This document shows, piece after piece, positions 54,141-64,000 of a stretch of DNA of 64,000 nt; positions within the stretch are counted from its first letter, which is position 1, and every line of letters starts with the position of its first letter. This DNA is from Cycas panzhihuaensis. Lineage: Eukaryota > Plantae > Cycadophyta. Where the stretch lies: contig CM041465.1 in the NCBI GenBank assembly GCA_023213395.1, forward strand, positions 86,001,741-86,065,740, in the 5' to 3' direction. Below the pieces are notes generated by a model. The model did not search any database. It saw nothing but the letters and a program-made list of their open reading frames with translations, and was not told where the DNA came from. The translations under genes were made by a program, and so were the position numbers.

Positions 54141-57100
54141 GTAGCCAAGGCTATAAGAGTTCTGATTGTAGGCCACTTGGTTGTAGAAGCAAAGATTTCA
54201 GTGTAGTTGATGCCTTCCCTTTGCGCGAATCCTTTTGATACTAACCTCACCTTGTGTTTTTCTAGGGTGCCATCTGATCTATACTTATTTTTGAACACCC
54301 ATTTATTTTGAACTACCTTTCTTCCAAGTGGTAGATCAATAAGCTCCCATGTATTGGTCTTGATAAGAGATTGGTACCCTTCGTTCATGGTATTTCTCCA
54401 AGTTGCATGTTTTATAGCTTCTTGGTATGTTAGGGGATCTTCATTAAGAGTAAGGTGCAATTCTGCTGGTTCAAGCTCAACGAAAAGTGATTCATATATT
54501 CTTTCTCTATGGGCACTTCTAGTGCTAGTTTTGCCTACCTGATCTGGTTGCATATCCTTGTGTAGTTGGTAGGCTTCACAAAAACCTCAAGTTGGGAATG
54601 AGGTTTTCATTTCCACAGCCTCATGGTCTTCGTTTTGATCCCGAAAATGATCATGTGAAATGTTTAGCACATAGGAAGTTGATGATACTAGAGAAGATGG
54701 TCTAGCCACAGATGTTGGAGAAGATGATCATTCTACTATAACTTTGCCTTTTTCAACTTGGATGTTCACAAATGATGGTGCTGGATGTGTACACATTGGC
54801 TAGGAGTCATAGCTTGTATCCTCTGAGGCTTTATTGTCAGATTCCAGGATTTTGAGCAACTGTTAAGCATCTCCCCCCCTAAATTTTAGAGTCTGGATAT
54901 CAAATTTAGTAGCATCATTAAATTGGTATGAAGGCATCTTAGAGTCAAGTCTAAGTAATCGATCTTCAATCTCCACAAAGATAACATCTCTAGTGATGAT
55001 GATTTTGTGCTGTGAAGGTATAAAAACCTTGTATCCCTTTTTGTCCATAGGGTATCTGACAAAGATACCTTTGATGGCTCTATCTTGGAGCTTGTTTCTA
55101 TGTTTCTCCAGAATATGAGCATAACAAGTAGAGCAAAAAATTCTGAAGTGGGAGATAGAGGGGATTTATCCATACCGCATTTCATGTGGAGAGGGGCCAA
55201 GCTTGGAGGGACTAATAGTGTTGATGCAATACACAGCAATCCAGATAGTCTTAGCCCAAAGATAGACAGGGACATTCTTATATACTAGCATAGCACAAGC
55301 CATATTCATAATGGTCCTATTCATGCACTTGACAACTCCATTTTGCTGGGTTGTACCTACAATAATGGCCTGATATTTGATTCCATGTTAACGTGGGTAC
55401 GATTTAAACTCATTGGATGTGTACTCGCCACCATTGTCACTCCTGAGCATTTTAATCTTAAATCCAAATTCATTTTCCACACAGGCCTTGAAAGCTTGAA
55501 ACATAGAAAAACTTCATCTTTCTTTGCAAGAAAAGCAACCCATACTTTCTTGGTAAAAACATCAATGAAAGTAATATAGTACCACTTATGTTTGAGATAA
55601 GGGATGGGCATAGGACCACATATATCTAAGTGTACAAGTTTCAAAGGTTGGTTAGATTTCCACTGACTACGAGGAAAGGGTTGTCTTTGAGATTTGGCAA
55701 TAATACATGCTTCGCATTTAAAGGACTTAAAGGAGAGCCTAGATAAACCAGGAAGAGTGGCTTGTAGTTCTCTTAAATGATCAATTTTGATATGGCCCAT
55801 ATGAGCATGCCATAGTGCTACTTCTAATAACTTTTGAGGAGTCAGGATTGTGGTAAAAGCAAAGTCATAATCAACATAGTTAGCTTCAGAGGATGGTGAG
55901 CTAGTTAGGTGAAAAGGTTTTCTATCAAGAATTTCGGTCATAACCACAGCATTTGAAGGAGGGTGAATGACATTGAGAGTTTGATTGTTTGCAATTACAC
56001 TCAAATTAAATCCATGAGAGACAAGGGTAGACAGGGAGAGAAGATTCTGCTTTAGAGTAGGAATATATAAAACATCAACAAGTGTAAAATATGGAAGGCC
56101 TGGGAGTTTTAGGTAAACACTTCCAAGTCCTTCGACTGGCTAAGATGATTTGTTAGCCATGTGTATAACATTATGAACTTCAGAGTCAAAATCCTGAAAG
56201 AACTGGCAATGACAAGTCTTGTGTTATATTGCTCCAGTATCCATGATCCACGATGAAGTATTTGAGGTGGCACTATTTGCAACTCCAAGTGGTAAAGGCA
56301 AAAGAGAATAAGCATAGCCATAATGAGCCTCAATATACTTAGTGGATCTATCAATAACATTTGATGAAGTGGTCCCAATTCTTTGAAGGTGTGCATGAGC
56401 AAATTGCATTCCACCACAAGCATCTTCAAAAGAAGTATTATCAACATTATGTGCACCATTGCACTGTTGATAACTTGGTAGTTTATTGGTGGTAGTTCTA
56501 TAATTTTTGGCATAATGTCCTTTTCTATTACACTTTTGGCACACAATTATTTGATTTCTAGTCCCATAAGAAGTATTGGGCTGGTTGGATTGTCTCTAAT
56601 TACTGGATCTAGGTCTAGGTTGATTATTTTGGCCTTGGCCTTGAGACTATTTTTATTGGAGTTGAGGAGCTTGTTGACCAAGAGGACATTGTCCTTGTTC
56701 TCTACCACTTCCTCTTCCATGGGAATTACCACCTCTACAAGAGTATTGACCTTGATTTTTGGTATAACAAAGATCTTCTTCCACTTCAAAAGCAACATCA
56801 ACTAGATCTGATATAGTAGCAAAGTTGGTATTAAAAGTCTTATCAAATTCAATAAACTTATTAGCAAGAGCCTCAAAGTTTAGGGTCTTCAAAGTGCCAC
56901 TAGATTGAAGACTTCCCAATATATTTTTATAATCTGGGATATGGAGACATGACTAAATCAAGAAAGCCCATGTAATGCATTGAGTTTTAAAATCTTTATC
57001 AATGGCTTACTTGATTGGATGAAGGAGATTTATTGTCTCACTTACATGTCCTTTCTACATTTTCAATTTGTTCATCTGCAACACTAAGTGAACAAATTCT

Positions 57101-57293
57101 AAGTTCTATTTAGTGTCAAAGTTCTTCTTAAAAACTTCAAGAACTTTCCATGATGTATCATATATAGCTTCATTAATGAGATTATGCAGGGAATAATCGG
57201 TGACAAGCAGTATCCCTACACAGATTTTATCATCATTAAGTTCCCATTGGCATTTAGTTACTGCTTCACCATCAAGTTCCCCTTTTCACTTAG

Positions 57294-57689
57294 CATCCTA
57301 GAGGGGTGGGCATGCTATATAACCCTCTAAGGTGTAATATGTAAATAGCTAGTTGCATTGTTATGGTGGTGGGGGTTAAGGATAATCATTGATAGGTGTG
57401 CATGGACTACATACCTCCACCAATAAGATCAAAGGTTGCATGGGCTATTAATAGGATGCTAGGAGTTAATGACCACTTTTGTTTATTTAAGGCCTCATAT
57501 TTATAAAGTAAGGGTTATGTAATCATTGTTATTTATAGAGATTGTACTATCATATATCTTCTTTTCAATGTCTATTAAGCTCTTTTATAACCTAAATATA
57601 ATTTATGCTACTATATTAATAAAAGTTCTATTTTTATGCTCTTTTGCTATCAAATTGGTGTGATATTTATGAGTGGGATCATAATAGCA
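57294..57689 (+). repeat. PPT and 3' LTR of the chromovirus
   Basis: PPT agaggggtggg (57300-57310) then TGCTAT...ATAGCA (57313-57689); resumes directly after the TSD CTTAG. Confidence 0.75.
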
Positions 57690-59302
57690 ACCCATAGTTT
57701 TGGGAGCCCATAGTTTTATAAAAACCACCTTAAAAGATGTGAAAAATCAAATCACATATTAAAAAATCATTTTTTAGGACATTACAATAAAAAAATTTAT
57801 TTTTTGTAAAGAAATATGATAAGTTATAATACCCTTAAAAATTTGTCACATTTTTTATGTTAATTATATTTTTTCACAATATGAAAAATGCAATTAAACC
57901 TAAAAAATATAAGGATACTTGAAAAACATGATGAATTGGCAAATTTTTGGGCAAACGACACAATGAAATTTGAGAGATGTAATAAATATTGCACTTCAAA
58001 TATTTCATTATATTTTTTATAATAACTTTAAAAGTATAATAAATGTTGCTAGAAAAAATGATGAAAGTTAAAAATTAGCATAATTTCATCATATAATATT
58101 TGCTTTTAGCCCATTATTACCTGTTTCCTATCCACTTGATGAGATCTACATAATGGAATAAATATAATAATTAAATTCATTCAACTTCATGATCAAAATA
58201 GTAAAAGAAGGTATAAAGTAAGTAAAATTACTTAGAAAAAGTTAGAAACTCACAAAAAAAACTAGAAAATGATAAATTAAGACTAAAAGGTAAAGCATAA
58301 GCATATAAAACCTAAAGTAGAATGGATATTAGGTGGAAACTAACAAGAAAAACATATGAGCATTCTATAGGCTAACACTACAACTATTTTGACAATTGCA
58401 TCAATAAATAATAATCATCACTAACAATAGCAATAACTACAACTATACACATATATGAGCATAGTCAAAACTAGATCAACCATTCACATTTTCAACTAAT
58501 TAATTTTAATTGATGAAGCATAATTGACCATATTTAGAAGGCCCATAAGTAAGCAAATAACTAATAACTAAAGTTTATATGATTAATGACTAAAACATAC
58601 ACAACCAATGATGGGCAATATGGATAGTAATAACCTATGGTTAGGAAGTTATTAATAAGCTAACTAGTGGTTAATAGTATAAAGGCTGATGATGTGGGAC
58701 TAATAATTCAGATAAATTAGCTAAAAGGTTGTATATTATAACTAAAATTGTAAGGCATCATATGTCAAAAAATAATCACTTGGATTAGTTATTAGAGCAC
58801 TACATAAAAGGAAGAAATAAAGAAAGTACACTTGAGAAAAAAAAGAAAATATGGGGAAAAGAGACTCCATAGGGAGTAAGTTGATTAAAGAAAGAAGATC
58901 CCAATCCTAAAAGAATAGATAAATTCTTTAGTTTTAAACTTGCCAACTTCAACCTTATGATATGAAAGAAGAGGATGCTTTATAACCTACACTTGTAACC
59001 AACATAATTTTATGTATTAATGAAAGCATTTACCTTATTTATAGAACTAGTTATTCATATAATCTCTCTATGTTGGATTATATTACCACTAATTAATTTA
59101 TATGTCTATATAATTTGAACTAAATTATTAATAGTTTACAGCTTGAGCCTATGATAGGCGATGTCTAATTTCAATTTAATATTAAGGACTTGTATGACTT
59201 TCTATCCTAAATATAATCTTAGTAATAAAGCTCCTAATAGGAACTACATAGGATGCTTACAGTGATTGAGCTTTAAACTAATACTTATCAAGTTTATAAT
59301 TT

Positions 59303-61190
59303 TGGTATAAGAGTAGGTATGTGACTTGGAGAAAATTTGTCACACATACTTGGATAGTCTAGACTTTAGTAAGGTATATTAATGAAGGTTAAGTACTATT
59401 AAACCTACCTTTACCAAAAGTAAGAATATGAAGGATTAGAAGTAAAGTAATATAAATACAAATATTGTCAAAAAGTTGAAATTCCCCCTAATTAACCTTA
59501 GGATTTCTAGATGTAATAATAGAGAATGATAAAAAAGAATAAGAAGATTTTTGGGGGGAATAATAAGGGGACAAATATTCCAAATAATATAGATACTATT
59601 TAACTTACAATTATAGATGGACAATCCTTTATTGATAAAATTATCTTACATCTATTGGTAGTTAGAGTAACATGAAGAATCTTGCATATAACCAAAACTT
59701 TAACATTAGAAACAAAGATAGAAATTCTAATATATGATGACAATGGAGACATAGACATAATTAATAATTAGAAGTCTATTTTTCTCATTGAATCTATATA
59801 AACTAATATAAAATAGCTTTTATAAGACTAAAGATGATAATGCAAGAACTATTGTAATGGAAGAAATTTATTGAAAGCTAGAAATTATAAGGGGAATTGC
59901 CCATATAAAGCTAGGATGTTTTGAAAGATATTCTTACGAAAATATTCTACACCATAGATTACCTTATAAACTTATATCCATAATGGCAAATTTTAAGACA
60001 AGAGCTAAGACAAGGTGTATAGTCCTAATATGAACAATTATAATAGCTAAGTACCAAATTGTAAACCATTGATGTTGATCAAACCTTAATGATAAAATAT
60101 ATTCAAGGTTTATGTACTTACAACCAAAAGGAATTTTAATTATTATGGGTCCAAGCTTATGAGGAAATAATAGGAAATTTTTTCTTAATTAAAGGCAAGA
60201 TGAAGGGAAGTTGTTCCTTTCCATAAGGCAATTATTTCCAAAAGTTATTGCAACTACTATTGTGACATAATTTAGTAAGCTATGTGCAACCTAGAGATTT
60301 CTATCTAGTAGCTAAAGAAAATAGATAAAGCTTTAGATGAAATCAAGAAATCTTCTTCTCCCATTTCTTAGAATTATATCTATGCTTTAAATTATGAGTT
60401 GTTACTTTTGATTAATATACTTTGGCTTTATTATATGTAATCTTTTTTAGATCTTAATATAGAAGACTCTTGATAGTTATATTTTTAATTATATATAAAA
60501 AAAAGGAAATTATTTCCAAGAAAGGGTATTAAGAAAAGAAAGGGCCTTTGCAAGATGATAAAAGATCTAGTACTAATCAAAGATTGTGTAAAGGTGGGGA
60601 GCATAATTTCTATAGATATTATAAGAAGATAAAATATAAAGAAGTAGATTATTGGAAACTACATCCCAAGAAGAGGCCTAAGAAGACCTTGAAGGCTAAA
60701 GAAGAATTCCTCAAAAATTACGAGCTAAATTTTGGAAATTATAGTCTAACCTTATCAACCAATCTAAAGAAACAAGATAAAATATTAGAAAGAGAAAAAC
60801 TCCTAGTAATAAAGATACTAAAATTAATGAAGAAAAACTCTTGATCTAATTTTTATTAGGGTAGTTAGAATAATTTGATTTATATGGTAATTATTAAGAA
60901 AATTTATCTATTAATCAAACCAAATCCCAAAGCTTATATATTTAGATAGATTAATAATGGAGTAGGGGAAATAATTACAATAATACCTATTTAAGTTTAT
61001 CTTCTTAGCTTCATATATCAATGAGATAAATTGTGGCATAGTTCCATTAAATGTTTATAGAATTATCTTTAGAAACCTATATCTTTAGGACAAAGATGAC
61101 ATCTATTAAAGAAGATTGAACTAGTTTATACTAATCAAAGATATAGAAGTCTACTTGGTTAATGCTTAGAAAGAACCTACATTAATGTCA
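59303..61190 (+). mobile_element. Decayed Gypsy (CRM-like) PBS-gag-protease fragment
   Basis: PBS-like tggtataagag at 59303, KIEILIYDD and LEVYF remnants, WQILRQ near 59985, decayed knuckle ..DYWKLHPKKRPK, protease remnant GS*NNLI near 60860; a probable LTR lies upstream. Confidence 0.65.
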
Positions 61191-61198
61191 CTTATATT

Positions 61199-61758
61199 TG
61201 TAACATCAGTTACATATTCGATGAATGTCAATTAAACATATATAATATTTATAATGGAGTTAGTAGATAATGATGAGAAGTTTATGAAAATATCCCACAT
61301 TACTATTGATAGAAGAATTAATGATGTATTTCATTAATTTATTATGGATCAATTATATTATTATTGTAATGTTTATACATATTTCATATTTTCTTCATTA
61401 TCATAAAAGGGGTTAGTCACAACTTATTATTATGAACTTAGGTGTGTAGTAGTTATAAGTTAGTTTAATCATGCAAGATGCAAGCTATCACCTTACATGA
61501 TATTATATTAATATTCTCATTGTATTTGGTAATAACCTCTTTTATTCTTTATATGAGGATTTTCATGGAACCTTTTATTATATGATGTATCTTTTGATTT
61601 CATAAGTGAATACAAGAATTTTGATATTAGAGCATTGTGTGATTAATTCAGCATGCTTTGTGTTTGCTTGTTGATTGAATACTTATATGGGTGTAACGAG
61701 TCTTAAACTTGGGTTTCAAACCAAGAAGACTTCATCCTTTTAACTTGGTATTAGAGCC
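61199..61758 (+). mobile_element. LTR-like segment with Met-type PBS
   Basis: Starts tgtaac where the previous ORF remnant ends; followed by tggtattagagcc (61746-61758). Confidence 0.5.
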
Positions 61759-63139
61759 AAATCTTTCACCTAGATTACAACCAATCTTCTTCACTATTTA
61801 TCCTCTATAGTTGACCATTGAAGATTGTATTCAACTAGTTGAAATGCCTTTACTATTTCCTGTGATTTATTAATCAAATTAAAGCTTCTTTTGTATAATT
61901 TGCAAGCTATATTCTTTAAGATTTATGCTTCATAGCCTTAATGTATCATCTGTTGGCTACATTTTTTTAAAGATTTAAACTTTACATAAAAAATATTTTA
62001 TATAAAATGATTTGCTAGATATTTTTTCAGCCATACTTTGATTACTGAATAGTCTAGTGGCCTTCGTAACACCTCTATGACTCTATTAAGCCCCTCCGTA
62101 GCTCACGTTAAGTTACTTTCTATCAATACTTGGTATTGTCACTATATTGGTTGTGTTTAAGATTGGCAACCTTCATTTGTTTTCTTACCATCTCTATGTT
62201 GTTGTTGTTGAGGCATCTCTATTCCCATTAACTACTACCATCTCTGCATGGCATGTTATTTTAGCATCTTTACCATACCTACTATTTGTTAGCTCTTGTT
62301 TGTTTAGGCACTATCTACGACTACCTTTGTGACTCAACTAGTCTTACGTGGCCCCTTTCCTGCACACCGTGTCTTTACTTTTGGCATGACGAACTCTATG
62401 TTTCTGTAATACTATTAGCTTATTATCTCTGCTTACTAGCTTCCATCCCATTTAAGCGATGCATTTTACATCTATATAATGTTACTAGCCCTCTATTAAT
62501 CATTACATGACTTCTATTGCCCTATGTGGCCTTTTATTTGCCATTTGTATGGTTGCTTTTCTATCATTGCATGGCCATCTTTTTATTCCTACATGGCTAT
62601 TATCTACACATCCAATTTTCACACTATATGACTCATATTAATTTCTAATAGGATGCAAAATATTCAAAGGCAACTCAAAGGTGATTCAGAGATAAATAGA
62701 GTAGTAAACATAGAGGAATTTTTCTCCATTTAGATCGACTTAGAGAAATCTAACGATTTGAGTAGAGTTCCAGACTTTATTTGATTCCTACATATAGTTG
62801 GACTAGAGAAACTATACTATATAATCATTTATTTTAATACTACAGAGTCATCTTTGTAGTGGAGAAGATATATTGAAATTTTGTTGCTTCTGTGGAGAGA
62901 TCCAACCTCTTATATCCAATCTATTATGTAATTTTTTTAAATTCTCACCACTCGATTTAAATTTTTTATAAAGTTTAAAAATTTTAGGTTATATATATTA
63001 GCATATTCATAGAATATTTTCTTTTTAATAAAGGTCCTTAGCCTAAAGTTATTTTTTAATTATTTTTTAATCATTTTAAAACCTTTTGAGGCATACTTTT
63101 AATCTATTTTAGGTAGTCTTTTAGGTTTTTAAGGGTTTT

Positions 63140-63500
63140 ATCACCAAATGAGAGGGGTGGGCTTATGCCTTTAAGTAGAGTTATCTTTTGATCTATATTT
63201 TGGGTAAGCTAGTGAAGAGTATTTATCTCCACCATATGATAATGCATGGGATATTGATAATTGAGTGAGTCTTATTAGTTTTATTGAGAGCAATGACCTC
63301 TTCTTATTCACCTTATAGAGTAGGAGGTTTATTAAAGTCAGATGTAGACACTACTAGGTCACATTATGCTTGTGTAAGATTGGTTGTTGATATTAATGAG
63401 TCCCACTATCTTATCTATAAGTGGATACATTCTATAGTATTGACTTCTTCAAACCACTTACTCTAGTTAGTCCGTTCCTTTTTCTTCTAGATGGAGTCTA
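63140..63500 (+). mobile_element. L1-like LINE ORF1 remnant (DUF4283-associated region)
   Basis: VGGLLKSDVDTTRSHYACVRLVVDINESH resembles the plant L1 ORF1 G..+.+D..T...FARV.VE+D+..PL motif. Confidence 0.5.
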
Positions 63501-64000
63501 GCATTTAAGATTATTTAGGTGTCAAGGTAAGGGTAGGTTAGTCCAACTCTAGAGGTATTAGTTATGTAGGATAGGTATATAGAAGCAAATATATTTTAGG
63601 CATATGTACCTGATTGACTCCCTCATACTCTAAGGCCCTTTTTAGTGTTTTTTGGTCCCTCTAAAGATGCCTGCTAATATTTAAATTAATTTTATATCTA
63701 TGTTGTTCAGTTAACTAGTGATTCACTACCTTTATTATTTTCATATATTGCTTCTTCATCTATTTGTATATATCATTTATTTTAATTAAATAAACATTTA
63801 TATGCTCTCTTTTAAGTTATTACTCCTTTTCTTTTTAGCAAATAATGCACACTTATCAGTTACCCATTTCTATCTTAGAATGCAATTACCTTTTATCCTC
63901 GTATTAGTACCCATGAAATTCATGGGTGCCATGCATAAGGCTTTTGTTTATGCCCTTTGCATCTCATACTTCCTTCACCCTTTAGATCTGTGGTTGAGTT

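Larger units (their letters stand above)
37544..57288 (-). mobile_element. Copia element inserted in the chromovirus 3' end, itself interrupted by a Gypsy
   Basis: TSD CTTAG at 37539-37543 and 57289-57293. LTR TGAAAAG..CTTTTCA at 37544-37841, PPT complement at 37842-37852. RNase H/RT at 38311-39529, RT start/INT/PR/gag at 54141-57280 (CQKCNRKGH, SWIMDTGA, LVHLDICGPM). Confidence 0.93.

Noticed and set aside
53975-54553. 192-aa ORF with a hydrophobic C-terminal tail
   Set aside because: Chance read-through from Copia RT (..LIALAT) into the inserted LTR at 54140.
1-64000. CRISPR arrays, tRNA/rRNA genes, hammerhead ribozymes, env-like gene
   Set aside because: No repeat-spacer pattern, cloverleaf, CTGAnGA/GAAA hammerhead core in LTRs or sense-strand transmembrane ORF after pol was found by eye; a covariance-model scan was not possible.

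Overview
Eukaryotic land-plant heterochromatin made almost entirely of nested, degenerate LTR retrotransposons. No prokaryotic genes, RNA genes or CRISPR arrays are visible. From left to right: a decayed Copia element (1-6618); a non-autonomous LTR element with a 600-bp tandem duplication; a CpG-retaining island (about 12.7-14.7 kb) holding a MITE and the probable 5' end of a host gene; Gypsy and LINE fragments; a gag-only Copia derivative (17368-21261); a decayed transposon accessory ORF (about 23.6-25.9 kb); and a second Copia with an in-frame RT/RNase H deletion. A three-level nest follows: a chromovirus (33.3-57.7 kb) contains a Copia (37544-57288, TSD CTTAG), which contains a 14.6-kb Tat/Ogre-like Gypsy (39530-54140, TSD GTAGC). 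The innermost element is the most interesting feature. It carries an antisense, intron-containing Plant Mobile Domain (PMD) + acidic linker + coiled-coil gene, has a degenerate RNase H with no additional (aRH) RNase H, and has asymmetric LTRs. Older elements show pervasive C>T/G>A decay in non-CpG contexts. Motifs and composition suggest a gymnosperm or other non-angiosperm plant, which is an inference only. All domain calls come from motif recognition by eye; no searches were run.
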